Origin: Marsupella aquatica
Taxonomy: Eukaryota; Plantae; Marchantiophyta
Assembly (NCBI GenBank): GCA_973895155.1
Contig: OZ316894.1
Coordinates: 21,423,867 to 21,487,866, forward strand
Reading direction: 5' to 3'
DNA length: 64,000 bases
A model generated the notes under the pieces. The model did no database searches. It saw only the letters and a program-made list of their open reading frames with translations, and had not been told where the DNA came from. The first letter of the stretch is position 1. Every line of letters starts with the position of its first letter. This document shows positions 27,806-40,700 of this stretch, piece by piece. The position numbers were made by a program, and so were the translations under genes.

Positions 27806-30800
27806 ATGGAAGACTCTACGGCAGCGAATGGAATCAGCCAGGACTCGAAATTACAATTTCTGGGTCTCTTACTCTGGGGATGCAAGTCCCTATCAAAAAT
27901 GATTGAATCGATCTTCAATTTCATCCTCTGTCTATTCATCAAGCTTCGGATTCAATTATTATTAAAATTATTTGTAACGGATATATAAAGTAGGGATGAC
28001 AGGATCCGAACCTGCGACATTTTGTATCCAAAACAAACGCGCTAAGGTGGGTTCTTCTTCAAATGGACCGTCGTTTGTGCCCCAGCTCACCCAGGTATGT
28101 CATTGTGCATGAGCCACTAGCCATGACCTCCTCGTAACGTTTCTTAGGCGTGTTAATGTAATACAGGTGTGACAGCTAATCTCTGAGCATTCCATGGTGC
28201 ATCTATGCTGCATTTCTTGTTTTCGTGGTTTGGTTTTGTGGTTGGCTGTTGCATCCTCCCAATTATTTTACTTACCCGTTCTGCGGTCGGCAGTTGGACG
28301 AGATGGTTTATGAAGTTTACACTCCCCTACCCAAACAAAAGCCAGACCTGGAAATCATCTTTGTTCATGGCCTTCAGTTGACTGAACAAAAGGAGGCATA
28401 CATGACAACCTGGATGTCGTATGACAACTCCCAGCTTTGGTTGAAGACGTGGCTGGTGGAAGAGTTTCCTAAAGCTCGGATTCTGACAATCTCATGACTG
28501 TTCCGCCAAAAGGAGTGATGTTGCTGGGATTTTGGATATGTACCGCACAACAGAGAATCTGATCCATGAACTTACGAGGGATAGTGTTCGAGTTGGCCGG
28601 GAAGGATGCCCAGTGGTGTTTGTAGGCCATTGTGTGGGCGGTTTAGTTTTGAAGGACCTTTGTGTCAGGGCGGGGAACTTGTTGACTCGAGAAAGTCCAG
28701 AAAGTCCAGAGTTTCAGCGAGTTGATGACCTGTTGTCGAACCTACGAGGCATATTCTTTTACGGAACACCGCACTTAGGATCGTTGTTGGTTGATGAGTT
28801 TCATCAAAACCCAGGTGCACTGGCGGCACAAATAAAAGTCTTGAAGGCTTCCAACAGTAGAAGAAATGAGGAGTTTCTTAAGTTGAAGAATCGGTATAAG
28901 TGGGCAACCTATGGGATAGGCGAAGGACAAAAGACTTTTGTGGTATAGCACAATCTCTTGACCTGTCTCTTTTATTTTGGCTGTGCATTCGTATTGGGCC
29001 TTTAATTCTCTTCCGTGCTAACCATACGTCCTGTCAGATTATTGAGAAATTTGTAATATATAATCAGTTGCTCAACTCCAAGGGGCTCTCTTACCAGAAC
29101 AATCAGCTTACTTTTATTTTCAAATTTTAATGTTTCTTAGCGTTACTTATCATCCGATGATTGAAGTTTAATGGATACAATATAATGGAAGGAAAAACAC
29201 TTATATTTCCTCGGACTCTCCTGTGTCAACAATATTTTGAACTTAATAGTTCTAATCATCCTGGAATCTTCACAATTTTGGCCTGTGATTATTGACCTGG
29301 TTTTCTCCTATAGGGTGGTCTGGATAAATGTATTCGTGTGGTTGAGGAGGCATCATCTAGGGCATACATGGATTCCTACTATACTGCTCGGACTTCAGAC
29401 CATTTCAACATCTGCAAACCACGGGGGAAGAAGGATAGTGCTTTCCAAAAGCTTACAGATTTTCTGCACCAGGTATTTAGCAGTCGTATTCTCAGATATT
29501 CCGATTTCAGACGTTATGAGAAATTGACAATGGGAAAGCATCCATAGACGTGATAGCGAGAACCTTGCGTTGAAAGTTTACAACCTAGTGGTATATCGAA
29601 ACCTTCCCCTTTCACAGTATTCTTGATGTATGTCGTACTACTTCAACACTAGAAAGATTGTGTGCTTTGAGTGCTCTAAAAATCCAATGGCTTTTGGTGT
29701 AGCTCGAGGACAACTTGCAGTTACAAGTTTCTCGTTTCTTCACTCCCATCCACATTATAGATATCTTCTCATCGTTTTCTCGACTTTTGTTGTGAAATTT
29801 TGAATCACCATAATTCGAACAGGTGCAAGGAAGTGGAGCACTTGATGGGAGTCTTGCTATCTGTGGGAGTTACCAGCCGCAAGACATTATTGACTTGGAA
29901 GGTCGTGCAGGCCAAGTACGCACTATGGTGGCCAAGCCAAATGCCAACAAGATCTTCATTGTAGGTTTGAGTGGAATCGGCAAAACTACACTCGCTGAGC
30001 AGGTCTTCCGTGAGATGTGTCCCAACTTTGGAGTCACATGCTTTGTATCTCTTGAGAGCTCTGAGCCCCAATACGATTGCCAAGAACAGGTCTTGAAAAG
30101 AATTCAAGACGGACTACGTTCAGGTCGGGCAGGATTAAATGGCAGCCCTTCGAGCGTATTTAGTTACTTGAAAACGAAGAAAGTCTTGATGGTTGTTGAC
30201 AATGTTCAGTCGCAAAAGCAACTAGATGCCTTGTGCACAAAGACTTGGTTAGATGGTAGTGCCAGTCGGTTGATTGTCACCAGTACCAATCCTCGACTTG
30301 GCACCCAATCCAATACTTTTCAGGTCCCATACTTGAATGGCACAGAATCACGGCAGTTGTTCCTAAAGTACGCCTTTGAGGGTAGAGAAGGACCCCAGAA
30401 TGTCACAATGTTTGTTGACCAGGTGATAAGAAAGTGTGAAAACTTCCCTCTGTCTCTTAAAATTCTGGGGAGTTATGTAGGCCACGAGGAGGACAAAGAC
30501 AAGCCAGAACTTTGGAAAGAGCTGATTCAGAAGATGGACAAAGCTGTAGAATTGGTTCATGGTGATCCGGATCTGAAACTGTGGGCTAGGCTCAGGCCAT
30601 GCTACGATTCTTTAGATCCTTCAGAGCAACAGTTGTTCTTGGATATTGCCACGACATTTTGTGGCTACTCCTTTTCCATGGTTGAGTGTATCTGGAATGG
30701 CTGTCAGGAATTTCCACTGATGGTATGGACAAATGTTAAGAAAAGATTTCTCGCAAGTGTGGACAAACATGGTAAGCTATGGATGCATACCGAACTGCGG

Positions 30801-33131
30801 GACCTGGGCCGGAGCATTGCTTGTCCCCGGAATACGTCTCTTGAGAAGTGGCAGCGAGTTTCCGAAACCGCCTGTGCAAAGGAGTTGATTGCAAATTATC
30901 AGGTATTTTGTAGAAACACAAGTGGGGTGCTCAAATCCAACGAACATCTGGACGTTCCTTGTTAAGCATTTGAATGTTCTTGGAACCGATTTGGACGGTG
31001 CTAGATCAAGCGACTGAAGGTGACTGAAAACTAACAACCCAAAATGCATTGTCACTTTGCAGGGCGTTGTTGATACTCGTACTTTGAAGCTTGAAAAAGG
31101 CGGGCAGGAGAATCTATTCCTTCGAAATACCACCTTCTCTAAGTTTACATATCTTCAGTCCTTGATATTGAAGGGTGTGGAGATGATAATAGGGGAGACT
31201 ACACTACAGCTCCCACCATCAGTAGTCTATTTGAGCTGGAGATGTGGTTTGTTTGAAGTTTGTCCTGTGGATTTCAGCAAATTGGAAAGTTTATCCGTTC
31301 TAGACCTCTCGTACTGCAGAGCTATGAAATCACTCCCTTCGAGCCTCACGAATGCAAGGAAGCTCACATGGTTGGAGTTGGAAGGCTGTCGATCGTTGAA
31401 AGATCTGGGGGTATTGAAACTCTGCCATGTAAAGCACTTGGATTGAGTAGTACCGGCTTGACCCACGTACCACGAAACCTTGGCCAGGTCAACGACCCGA
31501 AGTACTTGCTGGCCCATGACACAAAGCTAACAAAACTTCCTCAAAAGGTCCGTGGGCTTGCGATGTTAGTGTCGCTTAATTTGAGCTATACCAAGGTCGG
31601 CACCCTTCCAGAAGCTATTGGTAATCTCAAATTCTTGAAAGAGCTCGACCTAAAGTGGACTTCACTGCGGTCCTTGCCGAAATCAGTGGGTGAGCTAGAA
31701 TGGCTGGAAACTTTGAGGTTGGACTCGACTCCTTTGGAAAATCTACCGGAATCAGTTTGCAAGCTACGGTTTCTCAAACGTCTGACACTACCGGGTACAG
31801 AAATAAGCGCTCTTCCTGATGCGATCGGGGACCTTGTACAGCTGGAGGAATTGGGAGTATGGGGAAGTAGGTTAAGGAGACTACCGGAAACAGCCAGCAG
31901 GTTGTTGCGGCTAGAAAACTTTTCAGTAACATTGGATTTGAAGGACAATTGCCTCCAACATTTAGTTCCTTTGAAGTCCTTGAAGAGCCTTATACTGGCC
32001 GTTAGGATCGTAGGAGAAGAGCGTGCTCTGGCACTGGGAGAGGAGCAATCACAAACAAGGATCCATTCCCTTCTCTCTCCTTTATTTTCACTACATGCAC
32101 TTTGTGACGTAGCGTTAAGTGGCGACAATTGCCCGCAATCTTTGCTGCCCGCTCTGTTTGGTGCATTGCATCAAATTCCATCCCTTTCGACTTTAACATT
32201 GTCCCTCTTCCATAGGGTGGAGGTGATGCCCTATGAATTGGGGACATTGACAGGATTGATGACTCTTGAGATATGGGACTGGGATAGGCTCCGTGAGTTG
32301 CCCGAGTCATTGGGCAGTCTATGCGCGTTGACAAGTCTGGACTTAATTGACTTGCCAAGCTTGTCCAGACTGCCCGAGTCTTTGAATGCCTTGTCATGCC
32401 TTTCCGATTTAGGGATTTATGGATGTGAGAGCTTAGAAAATCTGCCGGGATCATTTGGCCACTTGTCGCATTTGGAGCAAGAGTGCTTCTCTTTGCAAAG
32501 CAACAACAGCGAAACGGTAAACTCATTTGAGCGCGCAATGCCTTGTCAGCTGGACTGCTTGACACTGCGCACAGATTCATGGAAACTCTTGGAGTGCTTC
32601 TTGGAATGTTGTCAGAAACGCATATCAAGGCCAGAAGTTATATATAATGTTATCTGCGAGACGATGGAGAAAGTGATGAAGGTGGCGACTCAGGATAGAG
32701 ATGGAGTAGGCTATGTGGTCGATATTAGTGTGGCCAGGGAGCTATTCACGGAAAGGAATTCAAATCAGCGAGGACAGGACAGTAGCGTCCAATTTGCTGC
32801 GGGGCGTTCTGCGTGTCATGGTCCTTGGAACCATTGTACCGGTCTTCAATCTGTCGTTATACGATGCTATGCAAACGGCAGACAGAATGTACCCTTCGAG
32901 GAGTGTGGTGTTCATACGATATTGGTGCGATTGATAGATGAACGACACAGCGGTGAGGGTAGTGAAGACGAAGGTGATAGTGAGATCGAGGAAGATAATG
33001 TGGACAGCGGTATGGGGGAAGACGAATCTGACAGCGAGATGAGTGAAGCCGCAAGCAGTGAGGTTGAAGAACATGGAGCTGGTTGTGCAGCGATGGAAGA
33101 CCAAAGTGAAACTAAGCTGACAACAAGATAG
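27806..33131 (+). pseudogene. Hydrolase-NB-ARC-LRR (HNL) copy 1, pseudogene; exons ~27806-28094, 28294-28942, 29314-29472, 29823-30902, 31063-33131
   Basis: Same structure as copy 2, but exon 1 has a 94-bp insertion with an in-frame stop, a 2-bp deletion gives TGA at 28495-28497, a 1-bp deletion frameshifts the LRR at ~31441, and TTG>TAG at 33129. Confidence 0.9.
27950..28043 (-). other. trnP-UGG: 94-bp plastid-derived insertion (NUPT) containing the 3' two-thirds of trnP-UGG (27991-28044) plus AT-rich flank
   Basis: Minus strand reads AGCGCGTTTGTTTTGGATACAAAATGTCGCAGGTTCGGATCCTGTCATCCCTA, matching recalled land-plant chloroplast tRNA-Pro(UGG). Absent from paralogs (CTTCGG^AAGGTG at 44715-44726 and ~62570). 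Confidence 0.85.
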
Positions 33132-34058
33132 CTATCTGAGTGAAAACAGATGATGACACGGGCGAAGACCAATACCACAAGGAGACAGTGTAGTAGACGA
33201 GTCTGAAAAAGGAGTCATGCTCAAGACTTTGTGTCCACTCATGCTTTGAGCATCCGAAAATTTGTGTCTTTTAAACACAAACCGTGATGGCATGTTCTAG
33301 GCCTACCAGGAATGGCCACCACAATTCCGTAATGGCCATCACACTCTCACAATATTGAATGTTGATGGAGCTCTAAAAGTTTATTCCGAAAATTGTTAAG
33401 ATGTCCTGAATGCCTATCATTGTGCGATCATTGGGAGGTTCCTTCGCGTGGCAAAATTACGCCTGAAAGAAAAGTCCTTGAAGTCCACGCGCGTTGAGAA
33501 TCTCAGAGTTTACTGCAAAGCTTCTGCTCTCCGATATACTGAGGATCGCATTGCTCAGAAATCAGAGTCCCTCAGATATGGATTTCAGGCAGTCTACCAG
33601 GTTTCCCTTTATTGTACTAGTAGAGTGTCTTTTTTGAGTATATGGAAAGTGAATTGCTGGGGGCATTTTGAAAGTCTTCTGGCAGTGTCAGTTTCTACAG
33701 CATTGGGAATGAATCAACCCATTTTGAACCGAAGGTTGGATACGAATTACATAACAAGAAGTTGAAGGCTTAAAGGCCATGCTCTATCGCTTACAAGGGT
33801 CTGTGCTGGGCTCACCATTGCAGACGCTCGGGATTTTTCCTGTGAATTTGCTGTACTTAACCGTTGGGAGCCCTTTCAACAGAGGTGGTCCACTATGAAG
33901 ACACAAAACCCTGGATGACAGATCGATGGATTCTACTTGTAGATTGTACTTTCACATGCTTATAATTAAGTGGAAGCTTCCCTTTGTGTGTGGAGGTTGA
34001 AGTGATCAAATGGCTCATTGTGTGTGAGCCCAATAGGGCATGTCAAAGCACACTTGTA

Positions 34059-34156
34059 CCTGAGTTACGGCTTAGGACATGAAATGCACTTCCTGAGTTA
34101 CGGCTTAGGACATGAAATGCACTTCCAACCAGGACATGAAATGCACTTCCAACCAG
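34059..34156. repeat. Local tandem amplification of AGGACATGAAATGCACTTCC (3 copies) in the 3' flank of unit 1
   Basis: Single copy at the paralogous site 50746-50787. Confidence 0.85.
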
Positions 34157-35547
34157 GGCGTTAGGGTTACCAAAATACATACCCCATGAGGGTGGTATGT
34201 GCAAAAAAATAAAGCTGTAACCAAAATGTTATGGGAGAACTTTGACACACCCTAATGTAGTCCGAGCACACAGCCATATGGGCATTTGCCAAGGTGATCT
34301 TCGGGGGCATAGTATAGTCATTGTGGTCCAATGCTTGTGTGTTTGGTATGGACTGGCCGAGGTAAGGAGGCATATATAGGAATCTGTGACACATCTTTAT
34401 ATTGCACATGGATCTTTTTCTGGCAACTCCCTGCTTCTCTAAAGAACTTCAAATTTCGTGTATACAACATAGCGAGGATAAGAGCCACAAGGAAATGGTC
34501 AAGAATGGTCTTGACCGAGCTTAGTCACTGCCATGGCCAGTGCTGGCTCAAGTGATGGTAGACACAATAATATACAAGTGACCAGATTTCTCCAGTTTAT
34601 GTCATAGAGACCAGACTAGATTTCATATTCTTTGTCAACTTTAGAGGTTTCTTCTAGTCAAATATGGCATATACTGTGTATGACATCCCCCCATACCATG
34701 ATGAACTTTGTTATTATCTTTAAATCAATGAGCATCCCTCCATACCATGATAACCTCTTCATTCTCTTTAAATCTTTACACCATGTTTTATCACATTTTG
34801 ATGTGTGATTACAGGCAGGGGTTTCTTTCCTGACTGCTTCAATTGGTGTTTCTATATTGCAGATACAGGAAGGTGACGGTTTGAGCTGATATGGCCTTTG
34901 CTTTTGCTAAGGTATCCGACCAGAGAGTAGCAAACAAAGGTATCAGGTTTATTTCTCGTATCAAAATAATCATTAATGTCGAGCCTTTATGAATTATATT
35001 TCAAACTGCCAGAAAACAAGGGGCGCCCAACCAGGAGACATGATCCCTCAGACAAAAGACCCAATCAAAGGGGAACAACCAAAGGGCCAAGAAAGGCCAG
35101 GAAACAAACAAACAAGAGAGCAACCAAAGACCTAAAGGCTCAAAGCCTACGGGTCGGCAAATTGAAGTGCCTTGTAGAGCCCTGATGTGAACTGCATAGG
35201 AGGGTCTAACAAAGAAACCCTACTAGAGGCCCTAAGACCAACAGCCTCACCCCTACGAAGAATAGTGAACGCCTGGCCCACTGAAGCACAACACCCTCTG
35301 TCTTGAATTGAGGCTTTCGATCTACTGAGTAGAAATCGAGGTAGAAGTTTGTCAGCCGGTCATATTGTGGGTTTGATAGGGCATTTGCAGGCTGGACTGG
35401 ATTGCTAACTCTTCAGTGGTAGATGCTGCCGTTCAAGCATTCATTGATTGGGTTGAATGCAACATTGCCTGTGTCCCATGGAAATTTTAGTTCTCAGCAT
35501 TTGCCTCTCACCACACCTAGGGGCCACATTGTGTCTTTCTGTATAGC

Positions 35548-35770
35548 ACATGAATCCGACATATGTAAAGGATGTTGCTATATTGCTATATGTTGCTTCA
35601 CCTTTTGTATCTCAAGTATATCATGAATTCTAGATGTGTAAATGATGCTGCTGTATTGCCGTATGGTGCTTCACCTTTTTGCTATATGGCGCTTCACCTG
35701 TTTTAAAACAAGTATATGAATTCTAGATGTGTAAATGATGTTGCTATATTGCTATGTGGTGCCTTCACCT
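35548..35770. repeat. Degenerate tandem repeat (ATGAATTCTAGATGTGTAAATGATG.TGCT.TATTGC..CTTCACCTTT)
   Basis: About three units; two at the paralogous 53648-53770. Confidence 0.7.
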
Positions 35771-36200
35771 TTCCTGCTTTAGTCCTATTCAGACTTTTTT
35801 AATGTATTTTTATTTCAATGTGCCTCAGAGAAGGTGCATATTTTGTACTTTTGGAATTTGCATTTTTTTTGCCCTGGCTCATAATGTTTTTGATCTTTCC
35901 ATCCCATATTTCAATGTTGCCCATCCTTAATATAATAGAGATTTCCATAAACACTAGGGCGAGTAGTACTGAAAATTCAGTTTTGGGGCCAAAACTTCAA
36001 GTTCAGTAAAGTCTCCCTAAAAAATTAGAAATCTGAAAAAGTAGTGGTGAGATGCATTGTGCCCACCACAGCCCTGAGAAGCCATGTCAGGCACAGCCCA
36101 AAAGTCAGCATTGTCTGGTGGTGCAACAACAACCATCGGCACTATGCAGCTGCTTTTAGCAGCTTAGAGCATCTCCACTACCTTCAACAATGTTCAGAAT

Positions 36201-36310
36201 TGTTAGACTCTACCTTTGACCGGACGACCAGACCAGCCGGTCACCCTGGTCCCACTATATGTACTCCTATTCCCGACTATACACATGTTCATTCCATTCA
36301 TACTCTCACA
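36201..36310 (+). repeat. 5' LTR (110 bp)
   Basis: TGTTAGACTC...CTCTCACA; identical to the 3' LTR by eye. Confidence 0.95.
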
Positions 36311-36323
36311 CGTTATCAGCACG
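36311..36323 (+). promoter_or_regulatory. Primer-binding site CGTTATCAGCACG (Bianca-type, internal tRNA-iMet)
   Basis: Abuts the 5' LTR; motif characteristic of Bianca Copia elements. Confidence 0.8.
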
Positions 36324-37702
36324 AGCCTAAGACTAGCCGAGCACGAAAGGGGAGAGTATAATTTTTTTACAAAACCGAACCCCAGTTTCCCTCAAAGAAA
36401 ATGAATACAATGTGGAGAAATTTGACAAGAGAAACAAAGGGGAACCCTCGTGACCCATGATTACAAACAGAATGATAAGCACACCAGACTCAAAAACCAA
36501 ATGACACCGCGGATCGAATAGAAGGCATGAGAACTGGACAAGCAGAGCAGACAACGAGCAGCGATCTGCCAACAATCAACTCATGCATTGAGTAAATTAC
36601 CGATCAGAGGAGAGGAAGCCTGAAGTTGAAACAGAAACCGAGAAGTAATTGACGCAGCCTGAGAAATCCCCGATGGGCTAAGAACATCGCAAGAAGACAG
36701 CGAGGGCAAACAACTTGCGAAGGAGGAGCTTGGATACACAGCAGCATCGACGTTCCCTAAAATGCAATCTTTCCAGACTCAATTTCATGCTGCAACAGAG
36801 AAGTACCAAGACGACCTCTTTCAAAAATCAACGACGAAGGCTCGCAACAATGCAGCATAGGAGAGGTCTCGGCGCTCCTGAATAAGATGTCAGCAAGAGT
36901 CGGAAGCGCATAAGGCAGAGGTGGAATTCGCAGAGAAATTTGCCAAGGAATTCGAAGAGAATCATTCAGCAGCTTCAGAGATCCTCCCAACTATGGCTAG
37001 ATAGGCGGTGCCTGCCTTTTCCGCAATTCTGACGCAGTAAGCCATTCATTTTGAGATTCGAACAATCCTCATAGGAGCCGCGTCGTTTGCAACACTGAAC
37101 AACAGTGCAAGCAGCACCGAGGCAGCATCAAAGAATCAATCAAAGACACTTGAGAAGGGTTACAAAAATTGAAGGAAAGAAAGATTAAAGAAGCATTCAC
37201 GTGTTCCGAGGGGAGAAGGCGTGAATTGGAGAGGATCCCGATAAGGACGGAAGGCCACGACTGCAAAATGAGATCAGAAGGTCGAGAGGAGCGGCAAACG
37301 AGGGAGAAAGCGCAACCTGAAGGCCCAAAACATCGACAAAACGTCAAAGAAAGATCACAACCGCTAAGTGCACGCTCCATAACCGCACATAACTGCAAAA
37401 CCCTCGTTAATTGCAAACTCCGTCAAAGAGATTCCAGTTCCAAAGCATAATGTGCACTTAACCAGGTCACGAGTAAAGAATCACCCATAACTGCACAAAC
37501 TGCACAACTCCATTACTGCACAATTTAACAAAGGAAATAGCAATTACAAAGGAAACCTTGCAGTTATACATCCACACAAAAAACCAACTTAATAAGAACA
37601 AACCCCTTCTCCACCATTGCATGCGGCAAATGTGCATTGTCTTTTGATTATATACATTATATATAAACACACACACCACCGCTGCACGCCAGGACCTTAG
37701 AG

Positions 37703-40700
37703 ATGGCCAACCTTGAGAAACTCACCTTCCCTGCCCTAGAAATAGATGGCGGCAACTACCTAGAATGGTCCATGAACCTAAAAGAAAACCTAACCTCGCT
37801 AACCTTACTCCCAGCTATAGGGATGGCTCAACCTATACTAGCTGGCGAACCCCAACCAGACCCATTAACTAAAGCCAACGAATCTAAGGCTCTCGTATTC
37901 CTTAGACGCCATATCCATAGATTCCTACAAAGACAATACATGCACCTCTCAACCCCCCGTGAACTTTGGACAGCGCTCCAAACCCGATTCGACCACCAAA
38001 AACTGGTCGAACTGCCTAAAGCCAGGCAAGACTGGCTAAACCTACGAGTCCAGGACTTTACCTCTATTTCAGCCTACAATAGCGAACTCTTTAGAATAAC
38101 CTCAACCCTCGCACTATGTGGCGAACCGATCACAGACAAGGATCTGCTAGAGAAGACCTTGTCGACATTTCATTCATCGAATGTGTGGCTATCAACACAG
38201 TATCGAAACATGAAGTTCGGGCAATACTCCGAGCTCATAGCCCACCTCCTAGTCACCGAAAGAAACCAAGAACTTCTTTAGTAAACTCTAGAAAACGACC
38301 TGCGGGCACACTGCCCTCAGGACAACAAAATGAAACCCATAACATAGAAAATACTGAACCCTCCACATCAAGGCAAGGCATTAAGCGCACTAAGAATGGC
38401 AACCAAAGAAACACCCACAATAGGGGGAGTTTCTATAACCAACGTCCACAATATAACTCCCAACGGACCTTTAGAGGACGTGGAGGACGCGGAGGACGAG
38501 GAGGACGTGGTGGACGCGGCGGTGGTAGAACATATAACAACAACCGTGGAAACGATTGGTCACAATCCCGACAACAACGGAACGACCGAAATGCCATGAA
38601 TGCGGCATGACAAACCACCTAGCGAGAAACTATAGAATCCCGCAACACCTTAGAGATCTATACCAACGGTCCATCCAGGATGGACAAACCTCTAGGCCAC
38701 CACCCCGTGAAACCCACGGGGCGTTCATGGAGTCTAGTGACCCATTCCAAGACTTTTCAGACCTACACACCCAACCCGAGGCACACTTAGTGGCAAACAG
38801 CTCCACTACAGCAGATTTAAATAGTCCAAGCACATGTATTATCGATAGTGCGACCACGCATACTATCCTCAGGGATAAGCACCTTTTCCACAAGATTACA
38901 CCCTCATGTAGATCCCTGACCACTATAAATGGCCCTAGCCAAATAGAAGAAGGCTTCGGCCCAGCTTCCATTAGACTACCGCAGGGTACAGTGATTCACA
39001 TAGAATCTGCCATTTTCGCCCCAAACGCAACCCGTAATCTCCTCAGTTTTAGAGATATACGAGCAAATGGACTACATGTCCAGACGGGCGATACAAGAGA
39101 CCAGGAAGTGATACACTTGGTTGAAAATACCCCTACGGGGAAAATCATTAAAGAAACCCTTTTCTCGTACCCTTGTGGGTTTTATGTAACACATATTGAA
39201 TGCCTGCATAACAATGCCCAAACAAGTGAATTGCCCGCGCTTTGGCATGCACGCCTCGACCACCCCGGCCAATCAATGCTAAGCAAAATAATTAAGAATT
39301 CAAGTGGCATTCCAATCAATACACGTCATATTCCAGCTAGCACCCCATGCACTGCATGCTCACGCGACAAATTAATAACAAGGCCCACGGCATCAAAATT
39401 GCCAACCAAAATACCCAAATTCTTGGAAATAATCCACGCCGATGTTTGCGGGCCAATTAACCCACCGAGCGGACCATTCCGCTACTTCATGGTATTAATT
39501 GACGCATCAACTAAATGGTCAAATGTGACACTGCTTTCAACGAGGAACATGGTTATGCCTCGCATTTTGGCGCAAATCTTGTGCGTGAAAGCACAATTCC
39601 CAGATCACCCCATTAAGACACTAAGGGTGGACAATGCAGGGGAATTCACATCCAAAACATTTGACGATTTTTGCACATCACTTGGCATCAACGTACAATA
39701 TCCTGTACCCCACGTGCATTTCCAGAATGGATTAGCTGAAGCTGTCATTAAATGCCTTCAGCTCATTGCACGCCCACTACTAATGCAGTCGAAACTCCCC
39801 GTCTCAGCATGGGGACATGCCATATTACAGGCTAATGCATTAATTCAATACCGCCCATCGGCTTTTAATACCTATAGCCCATACCAAATTGCTAATGGTA
39901 TCAAACCTGACCTATCACACCTTCGTTCATTTGGATGTCAAGTAATGGTCCCCATTACTCCACCCAAACGAACCAAGATGGGACCCCAACGACAGTTGGG
40001 GATATACATTGGATTTGACTCACCATCCATAATCCGATGTATGGAACCTACAACTGGCGACGTTTTTAAAGCCAGATTTCTAGATTGCCATTTTGATGAA
40101 CACATTTACCCACCATTAATAACCCCTGAACACCCACAACCACCTTTGGAGTGGGAAAGACACTCGCCATCTTGGCAAGACCCTAGACAAACAAATCAAG
40201 GGGAGAAAGAAGTTCAAAGAATTCTACAACTCCACAAGATTGTGGAAGAACTTCCTGACGCTTTCGTTGACACATCACAACTTACCCGCTCACATATTCC
40301 AGCTGTGAGAGCATCTGCTCGCATCGAATTATCAAGTGAGCCAGCAAGTACATCCCAACCTCGTGAAAAATGAGGTAGACCCTTGGGATCAAAAGATAAA
40401 CAACCACGAAGGCGTGGTTCATCTATACCACCTTCACCTGATGTCGATCATACCGAATCTACATCCCACGAAGAGATCTCTATCCACTACGCACACACAG
40501 GCGCGATGTGGGATAGAAATACTACTTCAATAGATGATGCTTTTGCATTAATGGTGGCAACACATATCACTGACGATACACCCAAACCAATATCCATCTT
40601 AGAATGCCAAAACAGACCAGATTGGCCTGAATGGCAAAAAGCTATCAATGGAGAATTAGATTCCCTACTAAGCAGACACACTTTTGGCCCAGTCGAGCCA

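Noticed and set aside
27991-28044. Functional tRNA-Pro gene
   Set aside because: The 5' acceptor strand and most of the D-arm are missing; it is a fragment
31586-33178. Minus-strand ORFs over the LRR exons (also 48392-49873)
   Set aside because: Antisense shadows of the NLR coding frame
33448-34555. Short ORFs conserved between units (33448-33765/50143-50460, 34331-34555/50962-51186)
   Set aside because: Conservation reflects recent duplication; non-ATG or weak starts and no recognisable domain
38270-38290. Programmed ribosomal frameshift at CTT CTT TAG in gag
   Set aside because: It needs a -1 shift with no X XXY YYZ slippery site, falls mid-gag, and other lesions exist; a 1-bp deletion is simpler
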